Assembly: GCF_006345805.1 (NCBI RefSeq) | Contig: NW_021833813.1 | Location: 1 to 53,953, forward strand | Origin: Octopus sinensis | Taxonomy: Eukaryota | DNA: 53,953 bases | Direction of reading: 5' to 3' | Part shown: positions 1 to 12,329 of the stretch, in pieces | Numbering within the stretch: position 1 is the stretch's first letter | How the letters are laid out: the number at the start of each line of letters is the position of its first letter | The notes under the pieces: model-generated | Databases searched by the model: none | What the model saw: only the letters and a program-made list of their open reading frames with translations | Told to the model about the DNA's origin: nothing | Translations under genes and position numbers: made by a program

Positions 1-59
1 TTAAATAATTAAAAACGTAATATATTAATTATACAATAAAACGTTTACATACAAATAAT

Positions 60-870
60 TTGAAGGTAATTCCTCTGCAGCATCCTGTCTGTTTTCTAGG
101 TAGAAATGACTGTCAAGAACCAGATGTTACTAATTTAAATTTATCTTCTTAATGAAGGAGAATCATTATATCAACTTCGTAACATGTTCTTTTATATTTC
201 ACAGTAGGTGACCATGATTGCAGGTGTGCGAATAAGAGTTATAGCATAGAGTAGATAAGATCTGGGCTAGATATGTTTCATAGCGAGCAGAATCTCAGAG
301 GTGGTAAATATCCAAGCGAGATATATAACGCAGGCTAGTCTTTATGACAAGGATATCCTGATTCAATTAAAGGTTACATTGTCGCAAGTAGGTACATGTT
401 GCCGCATGGAATATTCAATCGAAATGTGTAGAGAGCACAGAAAGGGAGGAGAATATTAATGTAAAACAAGGGAAAAGAGCAAGAAAATATAAGGAAGTGA
501 GAGAAAAAAGGATTTTAAGCAAGGGCATATGATCGGTTATAATCAATAGATCTGTTTTGGCTGAATCACAGAAATTAGCAAGGGGAGTGGTATTTGTAAA
601 AAAGATAATTTGGATGGAGGAGGCGGGGAAAATATTTTTGATCAAGGGGGGGAAAGAAAGTGCGTATGAAGAAAGCAAGATAGAGTGATTAATTAAGCAT
701 CGTCATTTGACCGGTGACTTAATCACAAAAATTAGCAAAGAGTGTGGCATTATAAAAAATAATATGGAGGGAAAAGGGTGGGGAAATGCTTTTGGTCAAT
801 GTGGGGTGGTGGGGAGAAAAATATATATGCATGTAGAAAGTAAGAAAAGGAGGGGAAGAATCGTGGCGGC
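60..870 (-). mobile_element. Highly decayed Penelope-like element fragments (RT-EN linker and GIY-YIG region)
   Basis: ORF 415-678 reads LIKNIFP..IFFTNTT..ANFC..IITDH. It aligns by eye to LVSKHF..IFNRRTL..SYSC..YISQH of the better-preserved PLE at 41174-42670. IDQKHFP occurs near 800 and VIYLA / FAHLQSW near 200-350. Confidence 0.5.
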
Positions 871-1039
871 TACTATAGGTTTTTTTCAATAGAGGAATGT
901 ATATAGTGTGTGTTGAGCGTGTTTACAGTACGAAGTGGTGTAGTGCATAATGGCGTATGTACTTATAAGTTTACGAAAAAGAGGGAAAATTTATAAAAGT
1001 TAGGGGAGAAAAAGCGGGCTGGGTTTGTTATTATTTGTA

Positions 1040-1780
1040 TTTTGAGAATAGATTTAGTGACCGATGTTTGTAGGTAGATATTATACTATTGCGTTCATTA
1101 AGATAGTTCGTGGATTGCAAAGTAGCCAAGATCTCGGCTGTGCAGGGATCAAACTTGTTATTATAGCTGATGTATGGCTTGGCGTGGGTGACAATGGACC
1201 CCTTGAGAATGTAAAGAGTTGAATCAAACTTTTTTGTTAATTGAAAAGCTGAGGTAAAGACATGCCGTTGATTCTGTTTGGGACTTGAAGCTGGAGCAGT
1301 GGTCGCTCACTCTAGCTTTGAAGGTGATGCTACATGAGTCAATAGAAATGGAGTTACTGTTGGCATATGATACTGTACACTATAAACTACGTTTCTTGTG
1401 AGACAGCGGTTATCTAAATGACAGGAGGCTGGGCGTCTGCGGCAGCGTAGATCTGTAGGGGATGTTCTGGATGACCTTAAGAGGGGATTGCTATTTAGTG
1501 AGGAATCGGTGTTAAGTTTGGTTTTATTGCTGGCGTTAAGATCAGTGCTTGTTAAGGAGTTGAGGGTGGTGCTGTAGAGATGTAAAATATGATGATTATT
1601 GTGTCCGGTGGTATCTTCTGTGTTGTTCTCTATTTTTACAAGTTGGGCGTTGTGGTAAATTTAAGGATCAGGTGTTAGAAGTGGAATTATAGTTGGAGTT
1701 ATGGGGGTTAGTGCTGTTAAGGAGCTTAATTGGTATTTTGGGTTTATATGTGTGGAGCTGGGGGCTATGTTGAGTAAAAA
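1040..1780 (-). mobile_element. Decayed Penelope-like element, C-terminal GIY-YIG endonuclease region
   Basis: Minus-strand translation gives SCHLDNRCLTRNVVYSV, ITFKARVSDHCSSFK and NYLNERNSIISTYKHR. These match SCPLEGKCLVKGVVYRA, NSFKTRFYSHKNSFK and SLNQRSELMNLCRH of the 40.9-43.1 kb PLE. Confidence 0.75.
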
Positions 1781-2090
1781 CGTAAAAAGCGTAAAATTCC
1801 TCCTATCCCACCCCTCCAATACCCGTCCAAATTTCAGAGTATCAGATGACCTAACAAACGATTCTCCTTTCCTACCCAGATGACCCCAAATCCGATATAC
1901 ACCATAACCCACCGAAACAGACACCATCATACACCTCCAAACTCTATATCCACCCAGTTAACCCCACTAATGGGATTAAACGAACGGGAATCCGGGAAGT
2001 TATCTGGTTCCACCCCATCCGATCCTCTTCGCCCTACCCGAAGAACATTTCCCTAAATCTAGCCCCCAATCTATAAAATCAGTTCTTGAA
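1781..2090 (+). mobile_element. Inverted upstream segment of the same PLE (RT thumb/linker)
   Basis: Plus strand reads SHPSN...IRYTP...KRTGIREVIWFHP, matching SNHPP...RTRTRKVLWFNP of the intact PLE. Orientation is opposite to the adjacent EN fragment. Confidence 0.55.
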
Positions 2091-3779
2091 AATAGAATCT
2101 TGAAGTAATTTTCTTTTCCCGTCTCTCGTATTTCTTTGCCAAACACATAATGATAAAATATATCAATATGTAAAATGTGTCTTGTATTTTTATATCATTG
2201 GCTAAGGACAAACCATGCTGGTAGAGGAATTGCAAGACAGGCAGCTTTCTTTCTCTCTCTCTCCTTTTTTCTCTAAGGTTTCTTTTGCATTACCCTCTCC
2301 GAAAAAGACAGATTCTTACTGCACTAGCAACGTATATAATAGCATGGTGTCTGTTATGCATTTTGTTTTCAAGTATGCGCGACAATACTTCGAGTGCACT
2401 CTCATACTTCTCCTGAAAATGGCGTTCTGCTTCACATGTGAGGTTTCAAGCACTCTGGAGAGTATCTTTGAACGGAAGGAACTAATTGTCCTTAATGGCA
2501 GCAGTTATTCAAGTAACTGTTGGAAGGTTTAGATACCAAATGTTTGACCAAACATGGGGAAATTAAAAGAATAATAATTTATTTAATAATGATAATGAGA
2601 TGATACTGCTGGTTTCTTTTTAGTGTTGATACAACAACGTTAGAGAAATTTATGTTTCAAGGTGCTGAAACGTCTTTATCATTATTTTATATAACACGTA
2701 CATACAAGCTGTTAATTCTTTATTGTAGATTCAGTACAATATATGGATATACGTTAATTCATAAGAAGGAACCTTGCTGAAGTAACCAAAGATGATGAAT
2801 ATCCTTCAGAGACAAAGGACCTTAAAGAGTCAGCTTTTGAAGAATTAGAACATTATGATACAGTTATATTCTCATAGGATTCTGATTCAACAAATTTATA
2901 AGGCACAAGATGACATCAGGGTGATTATGTTGTGATAGACACAGAAGGACTAGCCGGACTGTGGTTAAGGATAAGAAAATATTTCATTTGAAAGGCGCCT
3001 TTCAGAACAGCAGCCGACGCTCGACAGTCTCAACAAACTCATCTTGAAAACATTAGCAACAACCAAAGCAATAAATCTTCATAGCGAAAACTCAAGAAAA
3101 GTTTCGTAAACATTGTTTGATTCAAGATGTTGCGGTTTCAATCTAGGGTTATATAAATCACGTCAATGAGTACAGCATTCCGGAAAAGTGCTTTTACTGT
3201 CCACATGTTCCAGAAAAATACTGATGAGTAAGAATTCATTAAAACAAGCCTTCGCGATGGCAAGTATGCTTTGGGAGTAAAATGAACCAAATCTATATTT
3301 CAGCTGATTCTCTACAGAGGGAATATCAAACTTTTGGGAAAGGAGCACGTGATGCCACTCTTATCCAGTTGTCAAGAAAGGAAAATTAATGGTATCTATA
3401 TTGCAATTTATTTTTCACTGCTATTATTTGGATAACGAAGGAACTGCAATTATTTGTGCGAGCCTGGAAAATTACCGACGAAGTTCCCCTAAACAACATC
3501 ATCGCAGCGGCATTAACAAGTAATGATATTCCCAGAACCACGGCCCAGATCGGAAGAAACTGTAATTCCTCCATTCCTATGCTTTCATTAGACAGCCCAT
3601 CGACACTCTTGACACCATTCTGGGTATCTGATTGCACCAATAATGTTAAAAAGATGGATGTAACCTCAAGGATTCAACGGTCTCTCAAAAGGACAAAACC
3701 TAAGCCACGACTGAGAGACCTGCAAATGAAGGAAACACTGTTACTGACCCTGCCCCATCACTTTAGACAATCAATGATT

Positions 3780-6700
3780 TAATAGAGCTGAAAAAGGAAA
3801 ACCAAAACACGTAATTGACAAAAAAAAAGCTGTCAGAAACAAGGAAAAACGAGAAGTGAAAAACAAAGGAAACGAAGAAAAGACAAAACATTTTGGAGCA
3901 AAACAAAAAACATAGAAGTTACAAAAGTAAAAGCAGAAACATTTGCAGATTTTACCTTTAAGAGAACGTCTAGTGCGGCGATGATAGTGCAAAGAGTCCT
4001 ACGAAAACTGCACAAGCCCAAAGCAATACTTTTTTCCATGAAGAGGACAAAAGGAAAGGTTACACACTGTCTACTGCCCAAAGACGATATGCAGATGTAG
4101 TGTTTACCCCAACAAATAGTCAGCCTCATTCAGATGTGAAAATGGCAGGAGCTGAACAATAATTCATTTTGAGCTTTGCACAAAAATTTTTCCTGCAGCT
4201 GCACTGGCTATAAGCACAAACTTGGATGCACACCGACCATCACATGGCCACCACAAGCAATAGATACAGGATGGCCACCACTAAGACCAACTCAAACGCC
4301 GCACAAATATTTCTTTTGAACACCAGACGTCTGTTGCACCTCAGTAACAAAACAAATATCTCTTTCCTGAGAGACCGTGCTGCATGCAACCAAATCCCAT
4401 GCATAGCACTTGTGAAAACGCATCTTAGACTCGATATAGGGGGTGCAGAACTACATATATCAAAATATGTTGTAATACGCTCAGACAGAAAAGAAAGGAT
4501 CCATGGTTGATTTGCTGTGTACATCCGAGAGAAAATCATACCCGGGTCCTGCTGTCATATTCAAATTCAGTGTGTGGCACTCAAATTGTACACATGAGAC
4601 AACTTAATTTTGCTATATGTACAACATATCGGCCACCGGATGTTCCATATCATACGGGTAAGTTTGAAGACTGCCTCGCAAAGGTAGAAGTTCTCATGAA
4701 ACTGGAGCAACACGTCAGTGTATTCCTTTTGGGTGACTTTAACTTCCCGAAGGTCAGATGCTTTCAGGAATGACACACCACCAAAAAGCACAGGTAGAGT
4801 CGCTGCTCCACTTTATCAAAGCTTCACTAATGGAGCAAATTGTTTTGCAACCAACCACAGCAAATAATATAATGGAACCCTGCTTCACAAACAGTATGGA
4901 CATTGGTCCATAATGTGAAAGTGACACCGACACTAGTCATGGATCACAACATAATAGAGCTGTCTATGTATGGACCAAAATTCCCTACAGGCATACAGCC
5001 TATACGAGGCACTCGAAATCTCTCCAATCTGAAGAGTCATAAAGCTACGTGGAAGTTGATTGAAAAAGACAGTAGCCAAAAGGATTGGTCTATATATCTC
5101 TCCACACGAGACATTGATATGAAACACAAGCATTTCATGTCCATAAGACAAGCCATATGTGGCAAATCTGTCCGAAAGCACAAGGCCAACATACACAAAA
5201 ACAAAATACTTAGGGAAAGGAAAATATTTATGAGACGACGGACAAAGATTGCGAAATTTCCTGAACAAACACTCCAAAATTAGTGAAAAGTCCCGCCAGA
5301 AGAGCGCGCTATTGTCGATTGACAAAAGTCTGCATAAGTGTTATGAAAAAGAGAGAGAAGATAGGGATTTATAGAAAATGTTAAATCGAACACCAAAGCT
5401 TTCTTTAACTTTGCCAAAGAAATAGCCTCAGTACGTTACAAGATAGGGCCCTCTTTTCCAAAATGATGGCTCGTTCATAGGAAACCCAATGAGGATAAGT
5501 GAAATACTGAACGAACAGTTTCAAAGTGTGTTTACGCCCCTCTAGGATACAGGCAAATGAACGAATCACCAAATTTCTTTGCCACTTTACCTGTAACGAA
5601 AGAGGATAATATTAGTTACATCGGCATTAAAGATGTAACACTGGCCATATATGACGTAAACAAAACTCAGGTGCTGGCTCTGGTGGATTCCCAGCAATCC
5701 TTCTCAAATCATGCAAACGAGTCCTTGCAAAACCACTGCATATTCTTATTCAGAGTTCTCTTGCAAGTGTATCTCCCAAACAACTGAGGGAAGGGATTAT
5801 ATGCTCCATCCACAAAAGAGGAAGCAGAGCAGATGATAAAAATTATAAGCCTATCTGTTTGACCTCACACATTAGCAAAGTCATAGAACGAATAGTCAGC
5901 AAGAAACTAATTGCGTTCGTTGAAGAGAATGATATGCTGACTGACACCCAGTATGGATTTCAACAAGGGAGAAGCTGCCTGGTACAGCTCTTACAACATT
6001 ACGGCTGAGTGTTAAAGCAACAGCTCAACGACTCAAGTGTAGCTGTGATATATCTCGACTTTGCAAAAGCCCTTGATAAAGTTGACCGTAGTATGATACA
6101 TTACAAACTGCATGATCTCAGCATCGTCGGAAAGCTGGAGAGTGGCTGGATGACTTTATAAAAGATAGATGTCAAGCAGTGGTGGCCAATGGAGCCACCT
6201 CAAAAGAAACGTAAATAGTAAGTGGTGTTACACAGGATACTGTCCTAGGACCACTGCTATTTATAGTGGTCCTCTCAGACGCCCTCAACTGCTCAAATAA
6301 GCCAATCTCTCTAGCTATGCAAATGACAAGCCTCTCAAACGATTCAGAACCCTGGAAATAGTGCGCATTTGCAACGAGAACTGGACGCAATATACAGGTA
6401 GGCTGAGAGCAACAACATGCAGTTTAATGATTGAAAATTCCAGGCTCTGAGCTACCAGCATACAAAGCTGAAAGACATGCAAACAATACTCTGGCCCTGG
6501 AGGAATCGCAGTCCCTGAATTAAAATCAATAGAGACCCGAGCATTGACATGAATAATGATGTATCTTTCCAGGTGCTTTTTACTAATTTGTTAAGAAAAT
6601 TCAGACGGGTAGGTGGATGGATCCTCCGAACTTTCAGAACGAAAGGAAAGGAAATTATGATGGTCTTTTGGAAGACATATGTCCTCATCTTCTTGGACTA

Positions 6701-7130
6701 TTGCTCCAAATATGGCCACTACACAGTATAAAATTAACAGCGGAACTCGAAGCAATCCAACGAATCTACACTAACAAAATCGTCTCAATTACAAACGTAT
6801 CAACTACTGGGAAACTCTAAAAGAGTTAAGACTGTTTTCCTTTCAATGAAGGCGGGAAAGATATGCTGGGATATATATCTGGAAAATTCTGGAAGGCCTT
6901 GTACTGTGGCATTGAAAGTTACACAAATAGCAGAACGGGGCACCACTGCAGAGTGCCAAAGATCCCATTATTACCATCAAAATAGGGATCAGATATAGCA
7001 ACAGCTTGGGTGGGTTTCAATGACTCGCGGCTCTTCAATATCCTTCCAAAATGTCCGAGAGACCGGCATGGTATGGATATAGGTGTCGTCAAGATGAAAC
7101 TGGATCTCCTCCTGTCAAGGGTTCCAGATA
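3780..7130 (+). mobile_element. Decayed APE-RT LINE (CR1/L2 group), many stops and frameshifts
   Basis: APE motifs: IFLLN, IRSDRKERIHG, TTYRPP, LLGDFNFP, DHNIIE. RT motifs: YKPICLTSH, TQYGFQQG, YLDFAKA.DKV, SGVTQDTVLGPLLF. C-terminal WILRTFRT and LDYCS. Lys/Cys-rich ORF1-like remnant at 3780-4200. Confidence 0.9.
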
Positions 7131-7359
7131 TACCTATTTCTTTATTACCCACAAGGGGCTAAACACAGAGGGGACAAACAAGGACAGACATAGGTATTAA
7201 GTCGATTACATCGACCCCAGTGCGTAACTGGTACTTAATTTATCGACCCCGAAAGGATGAAAGTCGACCTCGGCGGAATTCGAACTCACAGCGTAACGCA
7301 GACGAAATACCGCTAAGCATTTTGCCCGGCGTGCTAACGTTTCTGCCAGCTCGCCGCCT
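7131..7359 (-). mobile_element. tRNA-derived SINE (octopus-type)
   Basis: Reverse complement starts GGCGGCGAGCTGGCAGAAACGTTAGC (A box-like), followed by GAGTTCGAATTCC (B box). Same family as 10256-10466. Confidence 0.85.
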
Positions 7360-8199
7360 TACGGCAGGAAACACAGATGAGGGCAGCAGCACCAAACTCC
7401 CTCATTCACCAAATGCCACGAATCAGACAGGTTTCAAATAATGATGGCGTAGCAGAGCCAACGGTGGTGCCCCAGCATGGAGGCAACTTTAAAGCTGAAA
7501 CGAATTAAAGAGTTAAATTGCTATGTATAACCCTCCAAAAATCAGAACTTATGGAGCTGCTGTATGTATGAACGAATTTCTATTGAATTTCGTTTTACCT
7601 TTACCGACGTTATATACAAAAATGTTGTTGAAATGCAAAATTTCGTCCAAAGAGAAAAAAGAAAGATTTTTATTTTAATTTGGCTTTGTAAATTTCGATA
7701 AAATTAATTTAGCATTACCTGCTTAAATAGCTTTTGAGAGACCAGAGCTGAAACTAAAAAATTAACCTAAAATTGTCGCTGCTTTCTTACGTTGGAATAG
7801 ACGAACGTTGGTTCTTATAAACTGTTTACCATATTCTTCAGAAAACTTTTCGATGTTACTTTCATCATTTCTTCTTAGTTTGAATTACAATTTCTTTCAT
7901 TTCTCAAAAGAAATCAATCACACGCAAATGTTTTATTTGGTATATTATTTAGATGATGGATAAAATGTGTTAAAGATTCGGTTTATCTGCATGTAGTATT
8001 TAGTTTAGACACGTTACGCTTTGAGATCAAATGCTGTCCAGGTTAACTTGTGTTTAATTCTTTGAAGGTCGATAAAGTAATACCCATTGCTTCATTGGTA
8101 TTCAGGTAAATTTAATAATCTTATAATACTTCCAATGTATGAATGGATTTATAAGAGAAGACTAATTTAGAACGAAAAAAAGTTAGCAATAAAAATAAA

Positions 8200-10050
8200 C
8201 AAAAGAATTATCTGAATTAAATTGGTTTTATTGATAAAGAAACACACATTTTATCTGATATAATTATTATTAGCAAACGTGATCCGTTGAAGTCTTGCTC
8301 ACATTTCATTGAGAAGTAAATGATTTTGGGGTGAATTCCTTTAACGGTCATCAAGTTTCTTTAGTAGGCCCTTAGTGTTATCATATGAAAAGGCGATACA
8401 TGTAGAAGATACCATACATAAACGTGAACAATCCAAACCGAGCGGGCATACATTTGAGCCTAGATTACAAGGTTGAGATATGGATTTTGTTTGAAGGAAA
8501 AAGTTGAATAAGCTGTCGAATCATGATTTCTTTTTCTGCAATAGAAAAGAGGAAATAAAAAACAAGAAATATAAGAACATAAATCAAACTATTGCTCTTC
8601 ATTGACTAGGTACAAGGGAAACGAATAGATATGGTCTATTGATTCGTTAGATCGATTTTATTGATGTTCCATTTGGACATCTTTAAGTTAGTGTGAGTGG
8701 GCAGTGAGTTCTTGAGTGTTGCCTAATCTAGAAATGAAGAGTTCTTGAGTGTTGCCTAATCTAGAAATAATAACCGATGTGGGATCTGGCTGGTGAAATA
8801 GAAGGAGAAGGGGTATGTGGCTGGTTATCTCGAAGGTAGATATTTCTCGTATTACCATCGAGACGTATTGTTGTATTTCCTTACCAGTTTGTAATGAAGT
8901 GTGCTGAGATTTTTAATGAGAACAGGGATTATATTATTTCATCTGCCAGATTTTAAATGTATTTGTGGATCAGTTTTACGACATCCTTTTGCAAGACTAT
9001 TAATTTACTGCTAATATATTTCATTAAGAATTAAGTCTCTAAGCAGAAATACGCATATGATGTGGAAGAAAGATATATTTACTAATTTCTTAATTTTTTG
9101 CGGCCAGAACTAGAGATCAATGAATTAAAGATGAGAAAAAAGAAAAAAAAAAGAACACAAAAAATAAACAAAAAGAGGGTCTTACTGTTAACGAAATAAT
9201 AAGAGTCGAAAACTCTTATACCACATCCAACGGAGTTAATCTTCTCCAGTGTATTTGACTGTTTGAAATCGTTCCAAAGTTCTGAAATGGAATAAAAATG
9301 GTTTCTTATTCTTCTGAAGGGCTTAATATCTTCCGTGATTTCTTTAATATCAATCAAGAAATACTAATCTCTTTAATACAATCGACTTACCTATTTATAT
9401 AAGACGATCTTATAGAAGAAATCATTACTTCTTTAATATATGTTGAGTTTTATTTGCTATCATTTATTTCTAGTAATAGCACAAGGCCTCAGATATAAAT
9501 GGACACACGTTTAGAAAGATTATTGCTACTTTCGAAATGTACTTCAAACATGACTTTATATGTATAACGGTATAATTGTTACGGGAAAGGCGTAACAGAC
9601 ACGATGTAGCAAGTTGTTTGTAACACGTAGAGATGTGACAAGTTGGCGATAGACTGTGCATTGCTTAGATGATATTTCTGAATGCACTGCAAAGAACTGC
9701 TGAAAGGTAATTCACACTGACTGTAGATTTTACTTACGCGGTTATGGAACCGCAACGAGTTGGAAGTAAACACAAAATTTAGTTAGTTTTGATGGATAAT
9801 CTATCACCATGGTAGTTGTTAATAGTGAACCCTAACTGCGTGCAAGGAGGAGGACAAATGGCGCAAAGCTCGCGAGAAGGTGCCATAGTTAACTGTTTGG
9901 AAGTTGCAGAGGAAAGAACATTTTTCTCTTGGTATCTCGAATTTATTGCAGAGCTAAAGTCAAGTTAGATCATTGACAATAGATCGGAATGGATTAACAA
10001 GATTAAACTCTGTCTCATCTAAAATGGTGGCGAATAAAATAGGTAAAACG
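8200..10050 (-). mobile_element. Possible very old Penelope-like element remnant
   Basis: Scattered motif remnants in the expected order on the minus strand: NLVNPFR (cf. RLINPAK), VIDYPS (cf. IIDFYPS), IANLSHLYVL, LYLRPCAITRN (cf. LYRDDGLIATHN), CPLGLDC at 8428-8448 (cf. CPLEGKC). Spacing is imperfect. Confidence 0.35.
8706..8768. repeat. 30-bp tandem duplication (33-bp period)
   Basis: GAGTTCTTGAGTGTTGCCTAATCTAGAAAT at 8706-8735 and 8739-8768. Confidence 0.95.
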
Positions 10051-10255
10051 AATGAATTCTAAACACAAATTGCGAGAACAATAAAAACAAGCGGGAAGAC
10101 CGAGGTTTCGATTCTTGGTAAGGGGTCTGATGAATATGTCTTACAAATATAATTAGTCCGCATTGGAGTAGGAAAAATGATTTTTCTTCTGGAATAGCTC
10201 GGAGAAGCGTGTAGAATAGATCGGAATTAATTTAATATGTTGTCTGTAATGTTAA

Positions 10256-10466
10256 AGCGGCGAAGTGGCCGAATCGTTAGCACGCCGGACAAAATGCTTA
10301 GCAGAATTTGACCGTCTTTACGTTCCGAGTTCAATTCCGTCGAGGTCGACTTTGTCTTCATTCTTTCGGGGTCGATAAACCAGGTAACAGTTGAACACTG
10401 AGGCCGATGTAATGTGTTAACCCCACCCCTGAAATTGCTGGCCTTGTGCCAAAGTTTGAAACCAAT
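10256..10466 (+). mobile_element. tRNA-derived SINE (octopus-type)
   Basis: GCGGCGAAGTGGCCGAATCGTTAGC (A box-like) and GAGTTCAATTCC (B box). Body shared with the copy at 7131-7359. Confidence 0.85.
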
Positions 10467-10759
10467 GCATTGCATGTAATGTATATCATAGAAAAAACCG
10501 CCAGAGGATTCATTTTTATGATTTTTATTTTAGAGGGTGGGGAGGGGGAGAGAGAGAGTGTAGATTGTGTTATTAGTTATGTCTATGTTAATTTCTTTTT
10601 AAAACTTAATCAAACGAGAAGGATTAATAACCATGAAAGATCGCAGGACTTTCGATAAGAGGAAGAAAAATATGTCACACTGGTTACCATTAATGATTTG
10701 TAGGCACATCGTATTTAGTCATGAAACCATAACATATTACAAAATACGTTAAACGTTTT

Positions 10760-11082
10760 TGTGAGTCAGCATCACGTTCTACCCATATTTTTATGAGTCA
10801 GCATCACATTTTACTCATATTCTTATGAGTCAGCATCATGTTCTACCCATATTTTTATGAGTCAGCATCACGTTCTACCCATATTTCTACGAGTCAGCAT
10901 CACATTCTACCCATATTTTTATAAATCAGAATCACGTTCTACCTATATTTTTATGAGTCAGTCTCACGTTCTACCCATATTTCTACGAGTCAGTCTCGCA
11001 TTCTACCCATATTCTTATGAGTCAGCATCACGTTCTCTACCCATATTTTTATAATAAGAATCACGTTCTACCCATATTTTTT
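10760..11082. repeat. 32-bp minisatellite, ~10 copies
   Basis: Consensus ATGAGTCAGCATCACGTTCTACCCATATTTTT. Unit starts at 10762, 10794, 10826, 10858, 10890, 10922, 10954, 10986, 11018. Confidence 0.97.
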
Positions 11083-11829
11083 CTCCGATCTCATTGTTTA
11101 CATCTGATGTCTCGATACGAAAGGTTGTATTAAAAACTCCGTTCTGGCTATAATTTCTATAGAAAGAACCTTAACAAAATAACACCGATATTAACACTGT
11201 TAATAATAACACCAGTTACAGTTAAGCACGATTTCTATCTCCTTCTAACTTCCTGCTGGAAGTTGTGGCTTCAGCGGACTTCTCGAGTTCTTGCGCTTGC
11301 TGGTACATCAGTTGCAAACTATATATGTGTATATATGAGAGCTATATGTGCGCGCGGTATGTGTGTGTGTGTGTGTGTGTGTATGTGTCCGGTATGTGTG
11401 TGTGTGTGGATTAAGTCTTCGATGGTGAATCCCTTCTGTTGGCATCACCTAAGAAACAACGAAATTTTGGAAGGGAATTTGCAGTAAGAAGCTGCGTATC
11501 AACTTATTCTTCGAGAATAAGTTAATTCAAGAGATCTTTATTATCCTAGAAATAGCAACCAAATCACCCTCAAATCCACAACTTTATAGAACTCAAAATG
11601 TTCACGTTGGATAATGTGCTCCTGGAATCCTTGTACAAAGAGGAAAATGACTGGATGGTCACGACTGGAATATACCGTGGCTATTTAGCCTTTTCATCAT
11701 AAGTCTGCTCAATTAAGCCTTATAACATGAACATGAACATGAAAAGCAACAAACACTGAAAACACACGTGCGTGCGCACACCCCCACATACTCACACACA
11801 CAGATACATCGCATTATAAGTACTCAAGA

Positions 11830-12022
11830 GCGTCAGAATGGAGTCTGCACCTCAATGTAATGCGCTTTTTATCTTGATATGAGATCACCATGTAGCGCAC
11901 AAATAGTTGTGATGCATGTGCCTCGTGTACCGTTATCAGTCGGGTATTCTGATGAGTATACTGGGTTTCATATATTTTATCCCAGTGTCACTTTGATGGC
12001 ATGCACTGCTCTCTCTCTCACT
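11830..12022 (+). mobile_element. Short interspersed repeat (common octopus-type element)
   Basis: Ends ...GTGTCACTTTGATGGCATGCACTGCTCTCTC, a terminus I recognise from octopus repeats. Class uncertain. Confidence 0.45.
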
Positions 12023-12329
12023 TACAGGTGGCTAAGGAACGCTGTGACCTTCCCTAGACCCCAGCGTTGAGCCCACTCCTGAGTCAATGGATTTTGGATT
12101 TGATTTTCAATAATTTTGAATTTTTATCACTTTTCATTCTGAAGTCGTCAAAGACAGGATTGCTATCGAAATATCGTTCAACCAATAAAATATAAATTAA
12201 AGATTGTTTGGCAACATAACATGGCAGTCCTGGTTTAGAACGAATATTGCTGTAATTTAGCCCCATTATTCTGTGCCGAGCTGAATGGGGGTGCTAGTCT
12301 CCCTTGTTGGAAAATATAAGGACACAGAT

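Noticed and set aside
2640-3440. Possible hAT-like transposase remnant (LIQDVA at ~3120)
   Set aside because: A single short motif with no following RWNST-like motif and no TIRs found; insufficient support.
9480-9890. Endogenous CRESS-DNA virus Rep (FTINNY, NLQ, YISK, SVGCG on the minus strand)
   Set aside because: The motifs fall in different frames with wrong spacing and no convincing Walker B or motif C. The same interval is explained at least as well by a decayed PLE.
7131-10466. tRNA genes at A/B-box-like sequences (7131-7359, 10256-10466, 44993-45136)
   Set aside because: No cloverleaf; the boxes continue into shared SINE bodies.
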